A stretch of 43,724 nucleotides of DNA, taken from an uncultured Planctomycetales bacterium (GTDB lineage Bacteria; Planctomycetota; Phycisphaerae; UBA1845; Fen-1342). The DNA lies in contig CAZUCH010000001.1 of assembly GCA_964619045.1 (NCBI GenBank), forward strand, positions 1 to 43,724, written 5' to 3'. Below the pieces are notes generated by a model, which was given only the letters and a program-made list of their open reading frames with translations, did not search any database and was not told where the DNA came from. The position numbers and the translations under genes were made by a program. This document shows, one piece after another, positions 17,905 through 26,694 of the stretch. Position 1 is the first letter of the stretch, and each line of letters starts with the position of its first letter.

Positions 17905-18975
17905 ATGAGACAGCTCCTCGCTCTGACGCTGCTGGTAACCGCCGCCATCGCTAACGCCGGGGACAACGACGCTCTGCTTTGCAGCAACGCGGCGGACGTA
18001 TACCACCTCAAGCTCAAGCCGCGCGCCACCGTCTACGGCAACGCCACCACACTGGGCGACGTGCTCAGTTTCGTCGAGCGCGACTGCGAGCTCCAGCGCC
18101 AGATCGGCGACCGGCCGCTCCTGGCCGACGCCCGCACGCAGGGCAGCATCGTCGTCACCCACGACCTGATCGTCCAGCGCCTGGGCGAGCTGGGCGTGAA
18201 CCTGGCCCGCGTCATGGTCGGCGGAGCACTCGAGTGCCAACTGACGATCCAGAAACCGCCCCAGACATCACCCGAGACCAACGACGCAGCCCCCCTGCTG
18301 CGACCACACCACTCGCAATCCGCCGGCGACGAAACCACACTCGCTGACTGCCTGCGCCGCCACGTCGACGATGAACTCACCGAGCTAGGCGGAACGGCCG
18401 AACTCAGCTTCGAGCGCGCCGGCCAGGAGTTTCTCGACTACACCACGCCCCCCTTCGAGTTCAAGGTCAGCAGTAGCGGACGCACCAACTTGGGATTGCG
18501 CGAGTTCCGCGTCGTCATCCGCCAGGACGGGCGCGTCCAACGAACCGCCCATATCAGCGCACACGTCCGCCTGGCACGCCAGGTCGTCGTCGCCCAACGA
18601 CCGCTGAGCATGGGCAACTTCGTCCGGCGTGACGACATCCAACTGGAGACGCGCATCCTCGGGCAGGACACCGACCTAGGATACGCCGGCCTCGCGGAAG
18701 TCGTCGGGCAACAGGTCACGCGCTTCGTTCCCACGGGCGAGATGATCGCGACATCAGCCATCAAGGCGGTCGACCTCGTTCGCCGCTCACGCCCGGTCTC
18801 GATCATCGGCAGCGGCCCGAATGTGCAGGTACGTCTGAACGGCGTAGCGCTGGACTCCGGCAGCTACGGCGACATGGTCCGCGTGCGACTCGGCGAGCCA
18901 CGCGGCAAACGCCGTGAACTGCGCGGCATGGTGACCGGCCTGGGAACCGTGCAACTCTCGGAGGGCGGCATCTGA
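17905..18975 (+). CDS. flgA: flagellar P-ring assembly chaperone FlgA (long form)
   Basis: Has a signal peptide. The C-terminal half is SAF/FlgA-like (VVVAQRPLSMGNFVRRDDIQLE...VSIIGSGPNVQVRLNGVALDSGSYGDMVRVRL). It sits between flgG and flgH. Confidence 0.8.
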   Translation: MRQLLALTLLVTAAIANAGDNDALLCSNAADVYHLKLKPRATVYGNATTLGDVLSFVERDCELQRQIGDRPLLADARTQGSIVVTHDLIVQRLGELGVNLARVMVGGALECQLTIQKPPQTSPETNDAAPLLRPHHSQSAGDETTLADCLRRHVDDELTELGGTAELSFERAGQEFLDYTTPPFEFKVSSSGRTNLGLREFRVVIRQDGRVQRTAHISAHVRLARQVVVAQRPLSMGNFVRRDDIQLETRILGQDTDLGYAGLAEVVGQQVTRFVPTGEMIATSAIKAVDLVRRSRPVSIIGSGPNVQVRLNGVALDSGSYGDMVRVRLGEPRGKRRELRGMVTGLGTVQLSEGGI

Positions 18976-19754
18976 TGACCTCGACAGCTCGCATCACGCT
19001 GACACTCGTACTCCTGGCCACGACGGCTGGACCGGCAACCGCACAGGGCAACTCGCTCCTCGGTGGCGGTCAGCGAACCGGCCAGCCCCGTCAAGTGCCC
19101 ACCACCCAGCCGGCTACCCACCCGACCGCCCTGACCGGTACGGTCATGGCCGCCCGGGTTATCTCGCAAGAGCAACGTCCCGAGCCGAAACCGAACTCGA
19201 CGCTGCTAAACGTATCACCCTTCGCCGTGCATATGCCCGACCCCGAAGTGATCGGCGTCAACGACCTCATCACGATCATCATCCGTGAGAGCAAGAAGGC
19301 CACCAGCGATTCCAAGATGGAGTCCAAGAAAGACTGGAAGTTCGAAGCCGAGCTCAAGAAGTGGGTTCGGCTGAGCGACGACCACGGAATCGTGCCCGCC
19401 ATCTTCTCCGCCGGCAACCCCGCCGCCGAGTTCGAACTCAAGAACGACTACGGCGGTGACGGCAAGTACGACCGCAAGGACGAACTGACCACCCGAGTCA
19501 CGGCCCGCGTTATTGACGTCAAACCCAACGGCAACATCGTGCTCGAATCGACCAAGTCGATCATGATCGACGAAGAAGGCTACGTGATAACCCTGGTCGG
19601 CGAGTGCCGAGGCCGCGACGTCACGCCGGAGAACACGGTCCTCAGCACGCAGATCGCCGAGCCCGAAATCTCCGTGCAGCACTCGGGCGCCCTGCGCGAC
19701 GCCACCCGCCGCGGCTGGTTGATGCGGACCTTCGACTTCCTGCGTCCTTTCTAG
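18975..19754 (+). CDS. flgH: flagellar L-ring protein FlgH
   Basis: DLITIIIRESKKATSDSK...NGNIVLESTKSIMIDEEGYVITLVGECRGRDVTPENTVLSTQIAEPEISVQHSG. The start overlaps the flgA stop (TGATG). Confidence 0.9.
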   Translation: MTSTARITLTLVLLATTAGPATAQGNSLLGGGQRTGQPRQVPTTQPATHPTALTGTVMAARVISQEQRPEPKPNSTLLNVSPFAVHMPDPEVIGVNDLITIIIRESKKATSDSKMESKKDWKFEAELKKWVRLSDDHGIVPAIFSAGNPAAEFELKNDYGGDGKYDRKDELTTRVTARVIDVKPNGNIVLESTKSIMIDEEGYVITLVGECRGRDVTPENTVLSTQIAEPEISVQHSGALRDATRRGWLMRTFDFLRPF

Positions 19755-19761
19755 GTGAATC

Positions 19762-20868
19762 ATGGTTCCTGGCAGTTTGCAAGTTGATTCCCGGACAGCC
19801 TGGTGGGCACTGCCGCTGGTATGCCTGCTGGCCGCGTCCGCGCCGGCCGAAGTTCGCGTCCAGGACGTGTCCACACTGAAGGGCCAACACACCAACCGGC
19901 TGATGGGCTACGGACTAGTCGTCGGCCTGCCGGGTACCGGCGACGGCGAGAAGTACCTCCCCACCATGCGCGCCCTGGCCGCAATTCACGAACGGTACCA
20001 CCAGCCGATCATGTCCGATGCCGACGTCAAGGGTAACAAGAGCGTCGCGATCGTCACCGTCGAGGCGCTCATCCCCGAGTATGGAGCGCGCGCCGGTCAG
20101 GCCATCGACATCGTCGTATCCGCCGTCGGCTCGTCCAAGAGTCTGGCGGGCGGCCAACTCCTGACCACGCCTCTGCAATATGCCCTCTTCAACCAAGACG
20201 ACCCGGTCACGCAAGCCATATTCGCGCTGGCCGGTGGGCAGATCTTCATCCCCGACGACAAGAGCCCCACGCGCGCCACGGTGCCCGGCGGCGCCGTGAT
20301 GGAGCAGGACTGCTTCTACAGCTTCATCGAAAATGGCGACATCACGCTCGTGCTCGACGATGCCCACGCCAGTTGGCAGTGGGCACGGGCCCTCGCGCGG
20401 GCCATCAACCACGAGACATCAAACCCGGACATGCAGCCGCAGAGCAGCGCCGGCCACCAGGTCGTGCTGCGTGATATCGCCCACGCCATCGGCCCCAAGA
20501 ATGTGGTCGTCCACATTCCGACATACGAACTGGCCAACCCGGCCGGGTTCATCAGCCGCGTGCTCCAGACGCCGCTGTTCATGCTCCCGCAGCAGGCGGC
20601 CCGCGTCACCATCAACCGCACGACAAAGAACGTGTCGTTCACCGCCGGCGTCACCATCTCGCCGACCGTGCTCCAAATCCCGGGCATCGGGACCGTCCTG
20701 ATCGGCAAGCCCCAGGATGGTGATGAGACCGGCGAACTCCGCGCGATCGAATTCCGCGAGCTATTCGACACATTATCGGCCATCCAAGTGACGCCCGAGC
20801 AGCTCATTGATGCAATCGAGCACCTGCACGACACCGGCACCCTGCACGCCCGGCTCGACTACGAATAG
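19762..20868 (+). CDS. flgI: flagellar P-ring protein FlgI
   Basis: Signal peptide, then VRVQDVSTLKGQHTNRLMGYGLVVGLPGTGD, QLLTTPL and VTINRTTKNVSFTAGVTISP. Confidence 0.95.
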   Translation: MVPGSLQVDSRTAWWALPLVCLLAASAPAEVRVQDVSTLKGQHTNRLMGYGLVVGLPGTGDGEKYLPTMRALAAIHERYHQPIMSDADVKGNKSVAIVTVEALIPEYGARAGQAIDIVVSAVGSSKSLAGGQLLTTPLQYALFNQDDPVTQAIFALAGGQIFIPDDKSPTRATVPGGAVMEQDCFYSFIENGDITLVLDDAHASWQWARALARAINHETSNPDMQPQSSAGHQVVLRDIAHAIGPKNVVVHIPTYELANPAGFISRVLQTPLFMLPQQAARVTINRTTKNVSFTAGVTISPTVLQIPGIGTVLIGKPQDGDETGELRAIEFRELFDTLSAIQVTPEQLIDAIEHLHDTGTLHARLDYE

Positions 20869-20877
20869 AGGTCCACA

Positions 20878-21294
20878 ATGGTCACGGCCACAGCGCCAAC
20901 AACTCCACAGCAACCCGCCGGGGCGCAGTCCCCGCAACAAAACCTGCGGGTCATGCAGGCCCTCGGACGCAAGCTAGACGCGAACGACCCGGGCATCGCC
21001 CAAGCGGCGGCCAGCCAACTCCTCTCCGAGCTGTTCTTCGGCCCACTGCTGGCCGAGGCTCGTAAGTTCCAGTTCGGACGTGAGTTCCTCGACGGCGGGC
21101 AAACGGAGTCCATCTTCGGCGAGCAGCTCGACCAACGCGTGGCCGACAGCGTAGCCGCCAGCGACACCGGACTGGTAGACCAGATCGCCGCCCGGTTGAG
21201 CCGCGACAAGCAGAGCCCGCCCGCCGCCCAAACGCAGGCGGACTGGCCCGCGCGGATGCAGATACAGGACAGCCTCGCGGGAGACCGGTCGTGA
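20878..21294 (+). CDS. flgJ: rod-binding protein (FlgJ N-terminal domain only, no muramidase)
   Basis: ELFFGPLLAEARKFQFGREFLDGGQTESIFGEQLDQRVADSVAASDTGLVDQIAARL fits the rod-binding domain pattern. Only 138 aa. It sits directly after flgI. Confidence 0.65.
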   Translation: MVTATAPTTPQQPAGAQSPQQNLRVMQALGRKLDANDPGIAQAAASQLLSELFFGPLLAEARKFQFGREFLDGGQTESIFGEQLDQRVADSVAASDTGLVDQIAARLSRDKQSPPAAQTQADWPARMQIQDSLAGDRS

Positions 21295-21839
21295 AACGAA
21301 CGGACACAGCCACCATGGACCCGCCCCGCCTCGCACTGCCGGCCCGCGATCTTCACGAGCTGGGCCAACATCTGTCCAGCCTGCAGGCGACGCTGACGAG
21401 CCTGTCAGACCTGACAGACGAGAAGCTGGCGGGGCTCAAGGCCGCCGACACGGCGGTGCTGCATCGCTGCGCCGCGCGCGAGGCCGACTTGCTCCGGCAA
21501 GTTTTCAAGGACGAGCAGAACCGGAATGCTGTTCTTGCGCGGCTCGCGCAAGCGCTGCAATGCACAGCGCCGAGCCCGCCCCGCCTGGCAGAAATCGCGG
21601 ACCGAATACCTGAACCACTGGCATCGTCCTTACGGGCCAGAAACGCGGCATTGAAGGCCGTGGCGAGCGAATTGAGAAGAAAAAACGGGCTGGCCGCCAA
21701 AGTGGCACGCAATCTGCAAAACCACATTCGCGGCATATTCGCCGACGTGGCGAGCGCCTCGCAGGAATCTCTAGGCTACGGACCCAAGGGACAACATGAA
21801 ACTTCTGATTCACGTTCCTGGGTCGATGCGATTGGGTAA
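21291..21839 (+). CDS. flgN: FlgN-like flagellar export chaperone
   Basis: Helical 182-aa protein directly upstream of flgK-flgL, with a GTGA overlap with the preceding gene. The call rests mainly on position and the helical pattern (LHELGQHLSSLQATLTSLSDLTDEKLAGLKAAD..). Confidence 0.55.
   Translation: MKRTDTATMDPPRLALPARDLHELGQHLSSLQATLTSLSDLTDEKLAGLKAADTAVLHRCAAREADLLRQVFKDEQNRNAVLARLAQALQCTAPSPPRLAEIADRIPEPLASSLRARNAALKAVASELRRKNGLAAKVARNLQNHIRGIFADVASASQESLGYGPKGQHETSDSRSWVDAIG
21703..21718 (+). promoter_or_regulatory. sigma54 (-24/-12) promoter candidate, TGGCACGcaatCTGCA, inside the 3' end of flgN
   Basis: GG at 21704-05 and GC at 21716-17 are offset by 12 nt. There is one mismatch to TGGCACG-N4-TTGCA. 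The site is 125 nt upstream of the flgK start. Confidence 0.45.
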
Positions 21840-21842
21840 CTT

Positions 21843-23552
21843 GTGGCAATCCTAGGTGCATCCTATCAGATCGGAGCCAGTGCGTTGGCCGCCTACCGGG
21901 CAGCCGTCACTGTCACCGGTCAGAACATTGCCAACGTCGGCAACCCCGACTACACGCGCCAATCCGGCCGCCTGGCCTCGATGTACGGCTACTCCGCCAA
22001 CGGCGAAGTTCGAGCCGGCACGGGCGTCAGCATGGTCAGCCTACAACGACACATCGATGAAGCCGTCGAATCACGACTACGCCTGGCACTCGGATCGCGG
22101 TCGGGGGCCGACACGACATACCAGGCACTCAGCCGCGTGGAAGCCCTCTACAACGAACTAACCGAGTTCGACCTGTCCTCGCAACTGGCCACCATGTTCA
22201 CGGGCTTCTCCAATCTCCAGACCGATCCGGCCGAGGCCACCGCACGCAATCTCGTGATCACCAACGCCGACTCCGTGATCCGCACTCTGCGGCGCCAACG
22301 TTCGACTATCCTCGACCAGGTCCAGGATCTGAACGAGCAGGCTACGGCACTGACCGAGGTGGCCAACGGCATCGTCCAGGAACTGGCCCAGCTCAACCAG
22401 AAGATCACAACCAGCGAATCAACCGGCCAAGGGGTGGCCGGTGCCCTGCGCGATCGGAGAGACACTCTCCTGCGCGAGCTGGGCACGATGATGGACATCC
22501 AAACGCGCGAGCAGGACACCGGCATCGTCAACGTCTACATCGGAAGCGAGCCGATCGTCGACTTCAACCGCACGCGCGGCCTGACAACCGAGGTAGTCAC
22601 CGAGAACGGCATAGACCGCGTTACCGTCCGTTTCGCCGACAACAACGGCACGGTCACCATCGGCGACGGCCAATTGGGCGCCACCATCGCGGCACGCGAG
22701 GTCCACCTGGCAGGCCAAGTCGACAAGCTCGACGAGCTGGCCGCCGCCCTGATCTACGAAGTCAACCGGGCGCACTCCAGCGGCCAGGGACTGGTCGGCT
22801 ATACCTCCCTGACCGGCACCTACGACGTCGACGACGCCACCGCCGCCCTCAACAGCACAACCGCCAACCTCAACTTCCCGGTCCAAAACGGCACCTTCAT
22901 GGTGCGCGTACGCGACCAGATCACCGGCCAGACAACCACCCGAATGATCCAGGTGGATCTGGACGGCATCGGCGGCGACGACACCACACTCACGACTCTG
23001 GCCGCCGCCCTCAACGCAGTCCCCAACCTCACCGCCACCGTAACCGCCGACAACCGGCTGCAGATCAAGACCGACTCCGGATACGAGGCTGGCTTCGCGG
23101 ACGACACGTCTGGCGCGCTGGCCGCTCTGGGCGTGGCGACCTTTTTCGAGGGTACCGACGCTTCATCAATCGCCGTCAAGGGCGCCATTCGCGCCAACCC
23201 CAGTCTCATCGCGACTTCATCGAGCGGCGCCCCGGGCGACGGCACGAACGCCGGCCGAATTGCCGCCGTCGGCGACCTGGCCAGCACACTGCTGGGCGGT
23301 GTCAGCGTGCAGAGCTACCACGAGAACCTGATACACCGCCTGGCCGTCGAAGTGGCTGGGGCCGAGATCGAACGCGAGGCCTCCGACGCCGTCTACAGCA
23401 GCCTGCTCGCCCAGCGCGAGTCGGTCAGCGGCGTCAGCCTCGACGAAGAAGCTATCAACCTGACCAAGTACGAGCGGTCGTTCCAGGGAGCGTCGCGCTT
23501 CCTGAGCGTGCTCGAGTCATTGTCCGCCGAAGTGCTCTCACTTGTGAGATAA
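21843..23552 (+). CDS. flgK: flagellar hook-associated protein 1 FlgK
   Basis: GTG start. N-terminus ILGASYQIGASALAAYRAAVTVTGQNIANVGNPDYTRQ; C-terminus VSLDEEAINLTKYERSFQGASRFLSVLESLSAEVLSLV. Confidence 0.9.
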   Translation: MAILGASYQIGASALAAYRAAVTVTGQNIANVGNPDYTRQSGRLASMYGYSANGEVRAGTGVSMVSLQRHIDEAVESRLRLALGSRSGADTTYQALSRVEALYNELTEFDLSSQLATMFTGFSNLQTDPAEATARNLVITNADSVIRTLRRQRSTILDQVQDLNEQATALTEVANGIVQELAQLNQKITTSESTGQGVAGALRDRRDTLLRELGTMMDIQTREQDTGIVNVYIGSEPIVDFNRTRGLTTEVVTENGIDRVTVRFADNNGTVTIGDGQLGATIAAREVHLAGQVDKLDELAAALIYEVNRAHSSGQGLVGYTSLTGTYDVDDATAALNSTTANLNFPVQNGTFMVRVRDQITGQTTTRMIQVDLDGIGGDDTTLTTLAAALNAVPNLTATVTADNRLQIKTDSGYEAGFADDTSGALAALGVATFFEGTDASSIAVKGAIRANPSLIATSSSGAPGDGTNAGRIAAVGDLASTLLGGVSVQSYHENLIHRLAVEVAGAEIEREASDAVYSSLLAQRESVSGVSLDEEAINLTKYERSFQGASRFLSVLESLSAEVLSLVR

Positions 23553-23566
23553 GAGGACCGCAGCAC

Positions 23567-25480
23567 ATGGCCGTTACTCCCGTCAATATGTCACGCGTCA
23601 GCTTCAACATGCGGGCCTACAACCTGCTCGAGTCGCTGCGCGCCAACCAGGCGGCCACGTTCGGCGTGCAGAACCAACTGGCGACCGGGCTCAGCTTCCT
23701 GCGTCCCAGCGAGTCCCCCGTCAACTCCGCCGCGGCCATGAACATCGACCGCCGCATCGACCGCCTCGACCAGGTCCAGTCCAACCTCACGAGCGTCAAC
23801 AACACACTGCTCGAAGTCGACACCACCATGCAGGAGACGCTCGAACTGCTCAGCGAGGCCCAAGCGCTGGCCGTCCAGGCCGTCGGCGACACCATCACCG
23901 AAGACGAGCGCCATGCGCTCGTGACCGTCGTGGACTCGCTCCTCAACCAGATGGTCTCCCTCGGAAACCGCCAGTTCCTGAACACCTACCTGTTCAGCGG
24001 CCACCAAGCCGCGCCGCCATTCGAGTTCGGCCTGGGTGGAGTGCTGTACAAGGGCGACGCCAACCGCATGGAAACCATCATCGATACCGATCTGTCTAAA
24101 GACTCCTTCACCGTACCGGGAATGGAGTTCTTCCAGTCGGTCTCATCAGGAATCCAGGGCGTGGTCGATCTGAATCCGGCCCTCACCGACGACACCTTGA
24201 TCACCGATCTCAACGGCGCCCGCGGCAATGGCGTGACCCTCGGCATCATCGTCGTCAGCACCGATGGCGACCAGACCTCCATAGACCTGCGCGGCGCCGC
24301 CACCATCGGCGACGCCATCGACAAGCTCAACGACGGCCTGCCGCAGGGCGTCAGCGCAGCGCTGGGAACCAACGGAATCACGCTCACCCGGACCATCGCC
24401 GCCGCGGGAACCATCACCGTGGCGGAATCCTCCGGCACCAGCACCGCCGCCGACTTCGGCCTGCTCGGCAGTTTCAACGCCGCCTCCCGCCTCGGCGACG
24501 ATCTCGACCCGCGCCTCACTGTCCGCACCCCGGTCAGCGCCCTCAACGGCGGCGCCGGAATCGACCTCTCCAGGGCACTTACGATACGCAACGGCGGACA
24601 ATCCGCCACCATCAGCCTGGCCGACGCCGACACGCTCGAGGCAATCCTCAACCGAATCAACAACGCCGGCGTGGGGGCCTGGGCGCGGCTGGCCGGCGAC
24701 GGCAACAGCATCGAGGTTCTCAGCCGCCTCTCCGGCACGGACCTCTCCATCGAAGAAGACGGCGGGCTCACCGCCACCAACCTCGGTGTGCGCACGATGC
24801 ACGCCGGCATCGCTCTGTCAGCGCTGAACGACGGTGCCGGAATCGAGACCGTCACGGGCAACGACCTGCGCATAACCACCGCTGACGGCACCGCCATCGA
24901 CGTGGACCTGAGCGCCGCCATCACTCTTCACGACGTGTTCGACCAGCTCAACACTAACGGTGCGGGAGCCATCACCGCCGCCTTTGTAACCAAGGGCAAC
25001 GGGCTGCTGATAACCGACAACACCGCCGGCCCCGGCACGCTCACAATCGAGGCCCTCGACAATTCCCCGGCCGTCGGACACCTGGGCCTGGACGTTACCG
25101 CCGCCGGCGGCGCGCTGGTCGGCAACGACGTGAGTCCCGTACGCGTCGACAGCCCCTTCACCGGACTGCTTGAACTCAGCCGCGGCATGGGCAGCGACGA
25201 CCGCAATCTGATGATGAAGGCCGGGGCCCGCATCGACGACGTGATGAAGACCATGCAAGGGATCCAAGGGGAGATGGCGTCGCTGGCGCGCGCCATGGAA
25301 GACCGCGCCGAACGAATCTCGGCCGAGGGCGCGGCCGCGCAAGTGATGATGAGCGACGTCCGAGACGTGGACTTCACCGAAGCGGCGGTCCGTTTTCAGC
25401 GCCTACAGACCGCCCTGCAAGCGAATCTCAGCACGGCCACCCAGGTCATGAACCTGTCCGTGCTTGACTATCTAAGCTGA
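23567..25480 (+). CDS. flgL: flagellar hook-associated protein 3 FlgL (expanded, 637 aa)
   Basis: Flagellin-type N-terminus (..RAYNLLESLRANQAATFGVQNQLATGLSFLRPSESP..) and C-terminus (..VDFTEAAVRFQRLQTALQANLSTATQVMNLSVLDYL). It sits after flgK. The centre holds three repeats of about 100 aa. Confidence 0.85.
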   Translation: MAVTPVNMSRVSFNMRAYNLLESLRANQAATFGVQNQLATGLSFLRPSESPVNSAAAMNIDRRIDRLDQVQSNLTSVNNTLLEVDTTMQETLELLSEAQALAVQAVGDTITEDERHALVTVVDSLLNQMVSLGNRQFLNTYLFSGHQAAPPFEFGLGGVLYKGDANRMETIIDTDLSKDSFTVPGMEFFQSVSSGIQGVVDLNPALTDDTLITDLNGARGNGVTLGIIVVSTDGDQTSIDLRGAATIGDAIDKLNDGLPQGVSAALGTNGITLTRTIAAAGTITVAESSGTSTAADFGLLGSFNAASRLGDDLDPRLTVRTPVSALNGGAGIDLSRALTIRNGGQSATISLADADTLEAILNRINNAGVGAWARLAGDGNSIEVLSRLSGTDLSIEEDGGLTATNLGVRTMHAGIALSALNDGAGIETVTGNDLRITTADGTAIDVDLSAAITLHDVFDQLNTNGAGAITAAFVTKGNGLLITDNTAGPGTLTIEALDNSPAVGHLGLDVTAAGGALVGNDVSPVRVDSPFTGLLELSRGMGSDDRNLMMKAGARIDDVMKTMQGIQGEMASLARAMEDRAERISAEGAAAQVMMSDVRDVDFTEAAVRFQRLQTALQANLSTATQVMNLSVLDYLS

Positions 25481-25702
25481 ACGCGTCGCCCGCCGCCAAC
25501 GCGGCCGGCGATAGCAGAAACAACATTCGGTTCGCAGCCGGCGTCAGTGGCTTGGCCGGCCGTGAATCAAGGTTGACCCGCGGAGTGCGGGTCGGACGAA
25601 CGGAGTGTCCGGCACGTGGAACGGTGAACTTGGATATCCGGCCGACGGCGGCCAAACGTCCCACGTGCAAACCACCAGGCAACGAGCCACGGGAGCAATG
25701 GC

Positions 25703-26164
25703 ATGCTCATTCAAACGAGTCGCTTCGGATCTATCGAAGTGGAAGACGGCAAGATCATGCACTTCAAGGACGGCTTGCTCGGATTCCCAACAAGTCAGCG
25801 GTTCGCACTCGTCCAGACCACCACCGATCCGGTGTTCTTCTGGATGCAGTCGGTCGACCAACCGGACCTCGCGTTCGTGGTCTGCGATCCGCTGACGTTC
25901 GTGCCCGACTACCAGGTACCCATCCGCAAGGACGATGTGGTGAACCTCGGACTGCACGACATGACCGACTGCCAGGTGCTGGTGATCGTCAACAAGGTCA
26001 ACGGCGAGCTGACCGCGAACCTCCTAGGGCCGATTGTCGTCGGCGCCCACTCCCTGGTGGCCAAGCAATTGGTCCTCTCGGACAAGCGCTATGCGACCCG
26101 ACACCGCCTCCTGGAGACCCATCCCAGTGTCAACGCCGCTCAGGAGATCGTCAAGACGGCGTGA
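25703..26164 (+). CDS. fliW: flagellar assembly factor FliW
   Basis: MLIQTSRFGSIEVEDGKIMHFKDGLLGFPTSQRFALV...NLLGPIVV matches the FliW family pattern. Confidence 0.9.
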   Translation: MLIQTSRFGSIEVEDGKIMHFKDGLLGFPTSQRFALVQTTTDPVFFWMQSVDQPDLAFVVCDPLTFVPDYQVPIRKDDVVNLGLHDMTDCQVLVIVNKVNGELTANLLGPIVVGAHSLVAKQLVLSDKRYATRHRLLETHPSVNAAQEIVKTA

Positions 26165-26173
26165 ATTTGGTAG

Positions 26174-26203
26174 TGGCAATCCAAACGAAAGGTAAGCTAT
26201 AAT
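26174..26203 (+). promoter_or_regulatory. sigma70-type promoter candidate with perfect -10 (TGGCAA-18 nt-TATAAT)
   Basis: tataat at 26198-26203, in the 205-nt fliW-csrA spacer. The -35 element is weak. Confidence 0.4.
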
Positions 26204-26370
26204 GGCCTCGGGCGTGCTATACGATCCACAGCGGCGGAAATCCCAAGACTACCGCCGCGGCCCGCTGATCCTCGCGAAACGGACGACCGTTACCGAGGAA
26301 GCGCAAGACGCGCTGCATGAGCTTACCCCCGTGCGGCCACGCATCGGCAAAATCCAGGAAGGAGCCGCGG

Positions 26371-26619
26371 ATGTTGGTGCTCTCAAGACAACGCGACGAA
26401 TCAATAATCATCGGCGACAATGTGCAAATCACAATCGTCGACATCCGGGGGGACAAAGTCCGGCTGGGAATCGAAGCCCCCGCCGAAATATCCGTACATC
26501 GCAAGGAAGTTTTCGACGCCATCCAGCGCGAGAATCAGAAAGCGGCTGGCGTTTCCCCGGCGGACATGGCCACCATCGTACCGGCGGCTCAAAACACACG
26601 CCGCCAAAACAAAAAATAG
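26371..26619 (+). CDS. csrA: carbon storage / translational regulator CsrA
   Basis: [55 protein letters not shown]. An RBS aggaaggag precedes it. The start is an internal ATG of track ORF 26317..26619. Confidence 0.9.
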   Translation: MLVLSRQRDESIIIGDNVQITIVDIRGDKVRLGIEAPAEISVHRKEVFDAIQRENQKAAGVSPADMATIVPAAQNTRRQNKK

Positions 26620-26694
26620 TCCCCGCTCACACTTCAACGTCTGTTTTCTCTATCACTCTCGAATTAGCCACGAACCGTTCAAGGAGGATGGCAA

